A DNA stretch of 62,956 nt, the filler included, from Asterionella formosa (Eukaryota): the NCBI GenBank assembly GCA_002256025.1. It is 16 parts of 16 records of this genome, joined end to end, with 100 filler letters (N's around TTAATTAATTAA, not from the genome) between each part and the next. Parts side by side here need not be neighbours in the genome. Positions count along the whole stretch, not along the records: positions 1 to 3,546 come from NKIB01014064.1; positions 3,647 to 7,190 come from NKIB01014065.1; positions 7,291 to 10,831 come from NKIB01014067.1; positions 10,932 to 14,471 come from NKIB01014068.1; 12 more parts are not named here. The stretch is one strand, 5' to 3'. Position 1 is the stretch's first letter, and each line of letters starts with the position of its first letter. Below are positions 1 through 11,280 of this stretch, one piece after another. The position numbers and the translations under genes are program-made. The notes beneath the pieces were generated by a model that was not told the origin of the DNA, did no database searches, and saw nothing but the letters and a program-made list of their open reading frames with translations.

Positions 1-115
1 GTATGGCTGAGCTTTGCTGTTTCAAAACTATACATTCAAATTTATATTTAATTAAGGTCACTCTTTCATAAAAGCAATTAGTAGCAAACACATTTTCTTG
101 CAATTTTTACTGAAC
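1..115. repeat. Interspersed repeat fragment, also at ~15388-15525
   Basis: GTTTCAAAA(C/T)TATACATTCAAATTTA...TTAAG.TCACTCTTT..TAAAA.CAATTA.TAGCAA is shared between two contigs. Confidence 0.75.
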
Positions 116-973
116 AAATACTACTTGGAACATAGTACTTCAACTTCTTGTTGGCATACCAGGTATTAGTGCAATAGACTAAACTATTATGTAGAATATA
201 CAATATTTGCAATTTATATTTTTAAATAGACAATTTGCATTTCACTCTTCTAGATTGCTCGACCACAGTTCCATCACTCGCTCGCCTTTGTGACCGCCAA
301 ATGGTGGTGACTCAGACAAGATAACAAGATATTTGCTCAAGAAAGTGCGCCAAAATTCTGTATAATCCCTCGCCGCCACTGTTGTTGCAGCAAAGGAAGC
401 AACTATACTGAATACCGGTATATCGTACCTGGTACCTGGTACCAGGTGACTGAGGGTACCAGGTACCAGTAGGTCTATGGTGGTGCAATGTGGTGCAGCG
501 ACAATATGACGTCAGCAAGGATTCATTAACGGCAGTAACCTATATATATGATACAAAATGCTTGCAATTTTTTATTAGTACCTGTATGTCCCATAACATG
601 TACCGGTATGTAACGGGTAGCCTACGGCCGTTGGCTACTACAAAATACATATCTTATATGAACCTGATCGTGATCCTATGTATTAAATATCACTACGGTA
701 GTGCAGCTCGAAGCACGGATTCTATATATGGGTAGTCTGATGGTGCAATTTTGGTTTCTCTAAGTGATAGTGGTGCAATCGGTGGTGCAATTGTGGTGCA
801 AATGCCAATGGGCAGTTGAATTTACGAATAGTTTTCTCTTTTTCAACCCTGTTTGGGAAAAGTCCCGGTATACCGGTATGTGTCATATGTATTATGCAGT
901 CGGTACCTAGTAAGGGGGGTAGGGATCTTTTATTCATTCTCATCATTTCTTTTGCAAGCACTGATAACAAGTA

Positions 974-1669
974 ATGTCCAATTATTCTATTGAATATGCC
1001 AGCTGCACAAGCCTACCATGGTCAGCCTTGTCTATTCACATTAACAAGCGTGAACGGCATTCGAATTTGGACGCCCCCATGATATTGTCCGAATGTCATG
1101 GTGAGGAGGACTGCTTCCATCCCATGGCTAAGCGATTCAAGTACCAAGAAACTCCCTTGTCCCCGGGAGCTGTTAGTATGTCCACTGTTTGTACCGATCA
1201 AGACCAAGAAATGCTTGAGAGGCAAGATCATGTGGTAGAATGGTGGAAGAAGAAGCCGGCTCCCGAAACGGTGAGGGAATCATCCATGAGTGGTACCGCA
1301 ACATTATGCTGCTTCCTTTGCAACCAGCCATCACCTTCTCCGGTTACACCTTCTTTTGGTGCGCAAAACGAGAAAGCACCAAAAAAAAATTCTAATTCTT
1401 TACTCAAATACTTTTCGACAAGTAGAGCCACCACGTCGATTGGTTCCTGCTCATCATTGTCTCCCCAGCAACATTTGCAATCCAAATTGTCATCTTGCTG
1501 CTTTTGCGAGCGACAAGCATGCGTGACATGTTCGGCAATCTGCCAAGGATGTCAGCACCGGTTTTGTACGTTGTGTACTACAAAGGATTATTCATTGACC
1601 GTCGAGCGAAGCTTCTGTTTAGATTGTGCCCACCCGTTGAGCAGCGGTGACGCCATGGCCATAGAATAG
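974..1669 (+). CDS. Siva-like zinc-finger protein
   Basis: C-terminal CCFCERQACVTCSAICQGCQHRFCTLC...DYS...ERSFCLDC matches the Cys spacing of the Siva C-terminal zinc-binding region. True start uncertain. Confidence 0.7.
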   Translation: MSNYSIEYASCTSLPWSALSIHINKRERHSNLDAPMILSECHGEEDCFHPMAKRFKYQETPLSPGAVSMSTVCTDQDQEMLERQDHVVEWWKKKPAPETVRESSMSGTATLCCFLCNQPSPSPVTPSFGAQNEKAPKKNSNSLLKYFSTSRATTSIGSCSSLSPQQHLQSKLSSCCFCERQACVTCSAICQGCQHRFCTLCTTKDYSLTVERSFCLDCAHPLSSGDAMAIE

Positions 1670-1784
1670 AAAGAGAGGCTGAATTGTACGATATGAATCA
1701 ATATAGTTGTTTTAAATTATCACACAATATGAGCTCTTCCATGGCATTTTCGTGACACAATATTTTGGCTAGGCCTCATGAAAA

Positions 1785-2417
1785 TTAACATTCAGGAGTC
1801 CTCTTCAAAACTTCTTCCGTTTCTTTCGTCCATCTGGGTAAATTCCGCTCCGCTCGTAGCCTCATTACCTTCGCTATGCTCTCTCGATTCACTCGTTTTG
1901 CCTCCTCATCTTGCAACCTTGTCTGGTGCATCAACTTCCACGCACCCTCATTTTCTCCCAAGGTCAAGTGAACTCCTGGCCCAACCACGCTGGCACAACA
2001 AGTCAATACGTAACCAGCGCCGTGTAGTTCGTCTGACATATGCGGGGATAGTCCATCGGTGATCGTCGTTAATGACTCTATATTGCTCTCAGAACCATGT
2101 TTACCTGTGCACGTGAGGCAATTTCCACGACGGCAGTCATGCGGAAGGAAAGGCAAACAGAGTGGATCGGAAGCACCGGCTCTTTCCATTGCTGCAAGAA
2201 TCGTTTCTTTGGGTTCAACGTTCATCGTAAAGGATCTTCCTTCATAGACGACTTCAACACTGTAGGTTGCTTGAGTGATCATGTGTGGTACAGATGACGA
2301 GTACGGATGCAATGACCCAACACGTCTCGTTTGTGCTTGAAGCGAAAACGCGCATATTGTGTCAGCTGCAAGAAGCACTACTACTGAAAGTAATTTCTGT
2401 TGAGCTGTGTTCTTCAT
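1785..2417 (-). CDS. Plastid-targeted 2Fe-2S ferredoxin-domain protein
   Basis: LPHDCRRGNCLTC...VLTC is the plant-type ferredoxin Cys motif. Signal peptide followed by ICA-FSL resembles the ASAFAP cleavage site of diatom plastid proteins. Confidence 0.85.
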   Translation of the reverse strand: MKNTAQQKLLSVVVLLAADTICAFSLQAQTRRVGSLHPYSSSVPHMITQATYSVEVVYEGRSFTMNVEPKETILAAMERAGASDPLCLPFLPHDCRRGNCLTCTGKHGSESNIESLTTITDGLSPHMSDELHGAGYVLTCCASVVGPGVHLTLGENEGAWKLMHQTRLQDEEAKRVNRESIAKVMRLRAERNLPRWTKETEEVLKRTPEC

Positions 2418-2610
2418 TTTAATGCCAGCCTAGGCGCATTAACACGCTTGCTAATCAGTTGACTTTCGGGTTGATAATGGTTCTTGAGCAGGCTATAATG
2501 ACAAAGGAAGAAATTTGAACAACGATATACATAACCCCGGTAAGCAAAACGGAGTGACAACAGCCAGAGCCCTTCTTCATTGGCCTCAATGTAAAGGGAA
2601 GCCTACCGGG

Positions 2611-3121
2611 AATTCCCGCTCTAGCTATCGTCTTGCCATTCGGGTACTTCTAAGTAATTTTTAGGCTCTAAGTAATTTCTTAAGTAATTTTTATTTAAGG
2701 GCAATATGGGGCACATCGAATTTTTCGGCAATAAAATTGCCGATTTTAGCATGACAACCAGAATATCGGTAATATGCATAGAGATGGTACAACAAGCGTA
2801 AAACACACGAGAATGATTGTAACATGCAACATCAATGAAAATTGAACATGATGTTTGGAGCAACCAAAGTATGAAATGCGATGTAATAAGTAGCATCAAA
2901 TGAGAAATAGAAAAAATTGTTTTGGGTTAGAAATGATAAAAATAAAAAATAAGAGTTCCAATGGAGACGTATGCATTGTGAATCATTGTAGTACTTTCAC
3001 AGGCAACATTGACTTTCCATCACCATACAATCGAAGACCGAACGAAGAAGAAAAAAAGCTCAACCCAATATAGACCTGCATCATTATTTAGCGTCAATGT
3101 GTCTGGTTGCTTCAACCATGC
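2611..3121. repeat. ~500-bp interspersed repeat, copy 1 (probable non-coding TE segment)
   Basis: Near-identical to 44323-44820. The sub-motif TTTATTTA(A/G)GGGCAATA(A)TGGGGCACA also occurs at ~14795-14823. Confidence 0.9.
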
Positions 3122-3546
3122 GCATCGCTGTAGTAGCCTGACACTGTGTGATATTCTATATCATGGTAACTTTTATGACGTCACACGTCATTGGCTTCCA
3201 TTGTTTCTTTGCTGCAGTTACCGGTATATATTTTATTATATCCACACTTGTTCCAATGTGTCAACTGCCATCAGTTTCGATTACTCTTTGACTCCCAAAG
3301 TCAATATAGTACAGATTAATCTAACTCACAATATCTAGAATTTACTTCCGAAAGTACGTTGTTAGCTAGATTACCTTCAGACTATAGTCCAATCTCATAC
3401 ATTGAGATAGCTATTATCCCAGGTTATTAGAGCCCTTTTACGTTTCCATTCTAAAACGTACATTATTTATTTATTTGTTGTTCTTCTTCCTCCTGCTTGA
3501 GAAGATGATAACTCCGACTCCTTCCATCCCTGGAAGCCTTGGAAGC

Positions 3547-3646
3547 NNNNNNNNNNNNNNNNNNNNNNNNNNNNNNNNNNNNNNNNNNNNTTAATTAATT
3601 AANNNNNNNNNNNNNNNNNNNNNNNNNNNNNNNNNNNNNNNNNNNN
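3547..3646. other. Artificial contig linker (N44-TTAATTAATTAA-N44), first of 15
   Basis: Identical 100-bp spacers with stops in all six frames at 3547, 7191, 10832, 14472, 18111, 21750, 25387, 29023, 37553, 41188, 44821, 48455, 52080, 55707 and 59332. Contigs are about 3.53 kb except 29123-37552 (8430 bp). Confidence 0.98.
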
Positions 3647-4088
3647 ATTCAGGCGGGTAGGGGTCTTGTGCAGGAATTAGATATCGTCGTGGAATGACCA
3701 AATTCCCATGAAGGGAGTGATAGACTCTGAGTGCAGCCAAAGCCGACTCGTAGGGTAGGTAATCCCCATTCCGACGACAAGGACTTGTTGGAACTTTCTC
3801 GATTGCTACCTTTTTTGCAAGAATGGATTTTTGTTGGGTCTGTGTTCGGCCTCGACTCGATCGGTAGGCTCGAAGTTTTTTGGCCATACCGGACGACTGT
3901 AATGCTTTTTCTGCAGATGGGACGCCAATCATGCTATTGTTTTCATCATTGCTGCTGATCATGCTGTACAAAACGATGGGCATTTTCCCCGCAAGCAGGT
4001 TCTGGGAACGAAAGGCCCAGGAGAGTCCTGGGCCAAGATGTATCAGAATCAGAATCAAAGTTGTGTTTCGCATTGAGAAAGGTTCCAT
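3647..4088 (-). CDS. Helicase-associated (HA) domain protein, 3'-truncated, probably plastid-targeted
   Basis: YLPYESALAALRVYHSLHGNLVIPRRYLIP...YPPE is an HA-repeat motif. Hydrophobic N-terminus followed by SWA-FRS. Runs into the contig end. Confidence 0.7.
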
Positions 4089-4493
4089 TTCTGAGACTTT
4101 CGTCGCAGATGATTATTATATCAAATCTTCACACTCGCAAATCAGAGCCGTATTACATAGATGCATAACCCCCCATCGGTGAGATAACCCTCTGGAGGAT
4201 CAGACGTCAAGACCGATCCTTGACTATGATATGTCTCAATAGCTTCGATGGTATTGTTTGAGCAATCCTGCACATCGATACAGATATATATAGAGTTAGG
4301 GTTATATCAAATACATCGGAATTCTAATAATGAGAGAACCCGACTAACATCCATTCTGCACTTTGATGACAGTTCAGGAAATGAGTTGTACATAAGGATT
4401 AATTTATAAGCTCATATATTCAATAAATACTACTACTTCTAGTTAGATACTTCACTTTGAATTCCAAAAGAGTCGAATTAGAAGACAACAAAC

Positions 4494-6049
4494 ATGGCAA
4501 TGTATTCAAGGGTTCCTGTGATTCCTTTGATCAAAGACTACAATGTATTGACTATCAAGACTAAAACATTCAGAGTTGCTTTAACCAGTGGAAGGTTTGA
4601 ATCGTTTGATCAAGATATGATCGATGGAAGCTCAGTGGAAGCATTGTTAATTGGAGTGAGTCAATTTCGTGACATGGCTAACACATGTGCCTTTAGCCCT
4701 GCAGATACCTTTTCCTACTTTAAAAGGTGTTTGACAGACATTGCCTTATCGGATTGGTTGAATGTGGAAGTACACCCAGAAGATCAATCTTACGATAGTT
4801 TCGATGAAGCGATGGTTTTATGGTTAGACGATCGCACGATCGTTTACCAAACGAGATTTTTCAACATCAACGACAATGGATGCTACGTTATTTATCTAAA
4901 CCCTTTTCTATGTTGGTAATGGATTTCGAAGCTCGTATTAAAACTTTAAACAGGCTACTTCAACTAATGCCTCATCCAGAAGATCAAGTTGGATTGTCAA
5001 AAGAAGATATACGAATTATCATTATCCGTTCTATGCCCGATGAGTGGCTACAAGAGTTTGAATTAAATCATGCAAAGACTTCAGACCAATCGATTCGCTC
5101 GGTTCTCGCTTACTTCGAGAGTCAACAATCGTTTAAGGATCGAAACAAGCATCTTCCCAAGAACAGTTTTCAAACAATCACACAGAACCGTCTTCGCATT
5201 GCTGAAGGCAATCGTGTGATGCGTCAAGAAAACGAGCGTGTCAGTCGTCAATTCTACAAGGATAATTTTACTCCAAGTGGTCGTGGAAGGGCGCGTGCTA
5301 TTGTCAATGCAGCCGGACGCGCATGGGATCGTCAGGCAACTGTTCGTCATCAAGCTCTACAAGCCAGTCGTACGTACCATGATTATCGTGGTCCTTGCCC
5401 GGTACATCCTGAAGGTGTACATACTTGGGGCAATTGTTTCCAGAATCCTCGTACTCAAGGTGGTCGAGCAGGTCACATGGCTGGTCGTCATAATGGATAT
5501 GGCCGTTCCAATTTTGGTAGACGAGGACATTTTGGTGGTCGTGGAGGCGGTGCACACAGCAATCCTATGGAAAGCTATCATATTGACACTGCTAACCCTG
5601 TGCCTGTTCCACATGCTCGTATGTTAAATACATGGAGTCATAATACTCGTCCATCCGGTTTGGGTACCGTGCCACGTGCCGATCCTACCAAGAATACATC
5701 TGCCCAGGAAATTTCAGTGGTCACGAACCCTCCTGCTGGCCAGATAGTGACTTTTGTCCCTACTATACAACAGCAGATTGCTGATCGCCATTACAGAGGT
5801 ATGTGCGATAATAGCGATGCTATTTATAATGACTCATTGAGTATATCTCACGTTAGTCATCACCTGAATAATATTGTTTATTTACAGGTTGAATACACTA
5901 TGGATACCGCTGTTAATGTTACGCGGGATATATATAACTGTATTGATGGACATGATGTTCCATATACATATCAGGGCCCAATTCCGGTTTCCTGTTTTAC
6001 TTCTAAGGATATATTAACATCAATTGATTTGATTCCGATGTCCCTTTAA
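4494..6049 (+). pseudogene. Gypsy gag (frameshift near 4860-4900)
   Basis: Two overlapping ORFs; RSMPDEW motif, CPVHPEGVHTWGNC knuckle and RGG-rich tail. Confidence 0.75.
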
Positions 6050-6058
6050 GCGCCAAGA

Positions 6059-7190
6059 TTGGTGGATAATATACCGATACATCAAATACTACGAGTATTA
6101 TTCGATAGTGGAGGATCGTTATCCTTAATACATGAACGGGTTATGCCTCAAGGTATTTCTTTGTCTGACGAGACTTCCCAATTAATACATACCATAGCTG
6201 TTACTTATTCATCTCATGCCAGTGTCATGCTATATGACCTGATTTTACCGGAATTTAATCGATCCGCTCATATTTTACAACAAAAGTGTCAAGTCTTTAA
6301 TGGTCAATGCACATTTGATGTTATTTTAGGACGTGATTTCCTACGTCAAGTTGGTTTAACCATTGACTTCGTAAATAACACCATGTCCTGTATGGATATG
6401 ATTGTTCCTATGCATCCTCTCACATTCTTTGATGATAGAGAACATTTAAGAGATATATTATTATATTTCGATGCACCTATGATCGTGGAATCTTCATATG
6501 CGCTGGAAATTAAAGCTGCTGAATATAATTACGTAAATATTGATACAGTGGTGGATAAATAGATACATTTGACAACAATACAACGATCATGTTTACGATC
6601 TATATTGGTTAAATATCAAACATTATTTGATGGCAAATTAAAAGTCTATCCTCATAAACAGGTACATTTGGAATTATTATCAAATGCTGTCCCTCGTCAT
6701 CAACGAGCATATCCGGTCGCTCATATTCATTTAGAAGTTTTCAAAACGGAATTACAACGATTATGTGATATTGGAGTCCTCCAAAAATGTGGTGCTTCTA
6801 AATGGGCATCTCCCACTTTTATTATTCCAGAAAAGGATGGAAGTGTCCGATGGGTATCAGATTTTCGTGAACTTAATAAAGTCATCAATCGCAATATATA
6901 TCCTTTGCCTCGAATACAAACTATTCTCACTAAACGTGCTGGATATGTATTTTTCACCAAATTGGATGTTTCCATGCAATACTATACTTTTGCATTGGAT
7001 GAGAAGAGTCAAAACTTGTGTGTTATTTCAACTCCATTTGGTTTATGTAAATATTTACGCCTCCCTATGGGGGTGAAACAATCATCTGACATTGCACAAG
7101 AAACTATGGAACAGTTCCTTAGTGATTTAGATGATGTGGAAATTTATATTGATGATGTGGGTTGTTTTTCAATGAATTTTTCAGATCACC
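6059..7190 (+). pseudogene. Gypsy pol (protease + RT), in-frame stop at 6560-6562, truncated by contig end
   Basis: DSG protease motif; RT motifs through YIDD. Confidence 0.88.
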
Positions 7191-7290
7191 NNNNNNNNNN
7201 NNNNNNNNNNNNNNNNNNNNNNNNNNNNNNNNNNTTAATTAATTAANNNNNNNNNNNNNNNNNNNNNNNNNNNNNNNNNNNNNNNNNNNN

Positions 7291-8530
7291 GGTGAGGCAC
7301 AAGCAAGTGATGGCTGATTTTGGTTACTAGTGCTTTAAACACAAAAGGATTCTTGATTCCTGATTCCCAATTAGGTTTCCACTTTTGTGCATATTTCATA
7401 GACAACATTTCCCTACTGTGTTCATTGTGTTTGATGGAACAACACACAATTATGTACCAAGATAAATAACCTTCAGACATTTGATAAAGAACACGTTGAC
7501 TGGTGAACTCAAAGCACCAGGAAAGAGGGTATACTGATAGTAAATCTCAAGTGGTGAAAGGCAGGTTTCCTCAATGTTTACCAACCTAGTTCACAATACC
7601 TTAAACTGAGAGTGATAGGAGAGATTAATTAGTTTTTACAAAGGATTGATGAACAATCAAATAATCATCCTATTGGTGACACCTGAAAGAAGTATTCAGT
7701 CAAGGAACAATCATGTCCTAGAATCTATATAGTAGGCTAGATGGATATATATACTATGTTGCAAGGAAGAGGATGTAATCTACTTTGCTACACCTGTACC
7801 ATTCAATCATTGGCATGTTGATGTACTTGTCCACAAATGCCCTGCCAGACATTGCTTATGATGCCATTCATCAAGCTGCTAGATTCTGCCACAGCACATA
7901 AAACCATGGGGCTTAGTAGTATCATGTTGAATCCAACAAACAACAAGTAGATTGTTATGTCAACGCCGATTTTGCTGGTCTCTTTGCTGTGGAAAATAAT
8001 GAAGATCCATTTTGGTCAAGTCCCATACTGGATATGTTGTGGCTGCTGTACAAACAAGGCAGCCCTCTCCTCTTGATATCCAAGATGCAGACTCAAATTG
8101 CTGCCATGAGTGGTAGCGACCATGGAGGCCAAATATGTGGCTCTTTCTCCTCAGGCGATGCGCAACCTCATTCCAATTTGTAAATTAATCAAAGAATTCT
8201 TGGCCATTATCTTCGAAATTCAACCGAGTATTGCGTATCATGTGCATTCCAAATCATTCATGAATGCTGCTGTGCAACAAGGGTACTGTTCCCTATCATG
8301 CCTTTGATCAATCAATCCGCTATGAGGATTACCATGTTTTTCTATTTGCGCGCATGGCACAATTATCTCCTTACAAAAAACACATCGCCATTCCATATCA
8401 CTGGTTTCGCATGAAGATTGTCAGCAAGCCTATTGACACAAAAGAACAGCGTGCCAATCAGTTCACCAGCCAACTATCTATGCACTGTCAAATTTCAGGT
8501 TGATCGTCTGTTTCTTATGGGTTGGTGACC
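7291..8530 (+). mobile_element. Degenerate Ty1/Copia RT-RNase H remnant
   Basis: Broken frames with YVNADFAG, SKMQTQIA..TMEAKYVALS, KHIAIPYHWFR and IDTKEQRANQFT. Purine-rich GAGAGGGATAG follows at ~8547 (PPT-like). Confidence 0.8.
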
Positions 8531-9479
8531 ACAGATTATTTTGGTTGAGAGGGATAGTAACAAAAGTATTAGTGATGCATGGTTTACATATGTATATTAT
8601 TATTTCATTGCCGGTTATACAACCGTTACGATGGAATATTATAAGATGGGGATGTCAGAGTTGGATATTTGGTTTTGAATCAAATATACTGCCATCACTA
8701 GCTCCCTTTATCGCTATCACTTCCAGTATGTAGTATATAGCTCACAATTTTTTTAGGAATTAGTCGTCATTACAAATCTTCCGCTGCTATTACAATCTAG
8801 AATAACCTCAAGAGTCCACGTCATCCTGGAGGAGCGTTGATTTAGCAGAAAATTGACTGGCAGGTCTATCCAATGCAGTTTTGGCTGACATCCAACAATC
8901 CACCAAGATTCTGATTCTTGAGAAGGACAAATTCTCCTTCATAAAGTGAATTTGATAACAAAGCTTCTATAGCTAAATATAGAGTTTCTACTGTTGACTA
9001 GCTAGTAGTGCACTACTAGCTGTTTCTTGAATAGTAGCAATAACATCTTGTTTCTTATTAGCTATCATCCTGGATGAGACTTGTTGTAAACAAAGAACAA
9101 GCAATTCACATTGAGAATACCATGGTGAGTCGGAGGTTCAGCCATCACAAAACAAGGGACCTGATAGCTTGCTGAATCACCAGCCAGGAGTCGACTATCA
9201 AAATTGGGAACAAATAAATTAATCGCTTCTCTAAAAAAGCTAGTAGATGACATTCCCATGGGTGACATGGTGGTACTAGGAGATCAAAACTCCTACCTGT
9301 ATGACTGGGTGCACAAAGAAGACTAAAGTTTGGGTAGCCATAGTAGTAGATCTGGTATGTTATTTTTTAAACTTTCGGTTGGATGCATATTCTATCATTT
9401 CATTACACTTGCTTTGTTCCATCCGATATTGGTGGCAAATATCTCCAGATCTACTTTGTCTCCGCCCTGTGTGCACCGA

Positions 9480-10130
9480 TAGCTTTAGGGACTACCTCTA
9501 TCAATGAAAGAAATCGTTCAGCCTTGGAATTAAACCTGAAATAAAAGGAATCAACACCAACAAGGGGAATAACAAGAAGGAGTTAGTGCAACTGTGTGTT
9601 TTGCATGAGATTCCTGCAGTCATAAATATTTTTATGGTGGGAGGGAAGAGAAAAGGGTTTGCTGCAAGTTCTTTGGGAAAGTGGGTTCATTGACAGCACA
9701 AACCTAAACAAATAAACACTTACTGGAAAGAGAGAACTCGGAATTATCAACAGCTTGAGACACATCATGGGAAAGTGTGCTGCCTTTTTAAATGAACAGG
9801 GCATGCTGTAATATATTGTAACCAATATTGGCATCACAGTCCTCCTGACACCGAAATGTCATGCTGAACTTGCAGGGGAAGCAATAGAGTAACTCCAATG
9901 CAAGTGTGTGCCATTGTCTTTCAGAGCAAATCCTCACAGTTTGAAGAATATGAAAGTTCACACAGGGTGCTCATCAGTAGCTACTTTATGGCTTAGTACC
10001 ATGCCATTAATTCTGGTCAAGTTGACCAACAGACTCAACACGGCTATTCCAAATATGACCCGCCTGTTGCATTGACATGGCTCATCAATGAGTTCAAGAC
10101 ACATCGATGTCCCTTCTACTTTGACTAAAA
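9480..10130 (+). pseudogene. IS630/Tc1-like DDE transposase C-terminal remnant
   Basis: WEGREKGLLQVLWESGFID and LLTPKCHAELAGEAIE; same family as 29123-31265. Confidence 0.7.
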
Positions 10131-10937
10131 GTTGTTTGGAGTCGCATACTATATCTAGGTTTGGCTACCCAAACGAGTCCAAGCATGCACCCAGCCATGA
10201 AGACAAGTGCTTCAAGTGTGATAAATCAATCATCGAGATGTCAGTATGATGTCAGTGGAAGCAGATCTCATTGCCCAATAAGAAGTGCCAGGAGGGGTCA
10301 TCCATATTATACTTAATTACCGGCAAACTGTATACCGTACCCTGATAATTATATACCCGAACTCGAGTACCGGTACCAGGTACTTTGTGTTTGTGCAGTA
10401 TACATGATGTAGGAATGCGCGCATTTTCTGATGTCTGATTATTCCTCTGGACAATACATATCAGTTGCTTCTTAAATGTACGCACTGGGAACAACAACGC
10501 ACTTCTTTTAGTCGTCATTGCGACAAGTGTCAAGCATTGTCTATCTATCTCTTCATATGTATACACGCATGCCAGAACATATGTAGGATAATATCCAGTT
10601 GCTGCTTCATGGGACAGTGCGTCCTATGTACTGTGCCAGTATGTATAAACACAACTCGCAATTCATCACTGTGACGTATATGCCGGGTACCCGGTAGTGG
10701 ATTAACAGACGATGACAAAAGTTGTCATCTGAAACAGGTGGCACGCTGGACTGAAGCTGAAGGCAAGATTTCCAGACGACGAGTCTTGAAGTACCGTAGT
10801 TTTCTGAAAATATGTATGTTTCTACGTAACCNNNNNNNNNNNNNNNNNNNNNNNNNNNNNNNNNNNNNNNNNNNNTTAATTAATTAANNNNNNNNNNNNN
10901 NNNNNNNNNNNNNNNNNNNNNNNNNNNNNNNCTGGTA

Positions 10938-10965
10938 CCAGTCAAAAACTGCTTAAGACCACTAT
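10938..10965 (+). repeat. Left TIR of pogo element
   Basis: Exact reverse complement of 14442-14469. The inner motif TAGTGGTCTTAAGC recurs at 11135-11148. Confidence 0.95.
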
Positions 10966-11280
10966 ATTACCCCGTTTTTGGACTAAAATTAGAAAAATGT
11001 TAAGCAGACCCCAATTAAAACCCTTTGAATAGAGGTCGACTAATGCATGCAAGTATTAGATAAATGAATCATTTTAACAATTGGAACTGTATATCTTACG
11101 ATATCGAACTTTTTAAGTCGTTCATTTTGCATTTTAGTGGTCTTAAGCCATTCATATATTTTTCCTCATGTATATATACATTTTAATGGTAAACGGTTAG
11201 AAAATATTACCTCGTTTTCCATATTTTCTCCAATTTCTTGTGTAAACTACTGTCGATTTATTCTGCGAACTCATGATAAA

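Larger units (their letters stand above)
4150..7190 (+). mobile_element. Ty3/Gypsy LTR retrotransposon, 5' part, degenerate
   Basis: Order gag (4494-6049), protease (VLFDSGG, VILGRDFL), RT (WASPTFIIP, DFRELN, YPLP, LPMG, YIDD). Upstream ~4150-4470 is LTR-like (AATAAA at ~4422). Left boundary approximate. Confidence 0.9.

Noticed and set aside
3591..3602. Recurrent TTAATTAATTAA as a biological motif, and cross-contig gene clusters
   Set aside because: Artificial linker; adjacent contigs are not physically linked.
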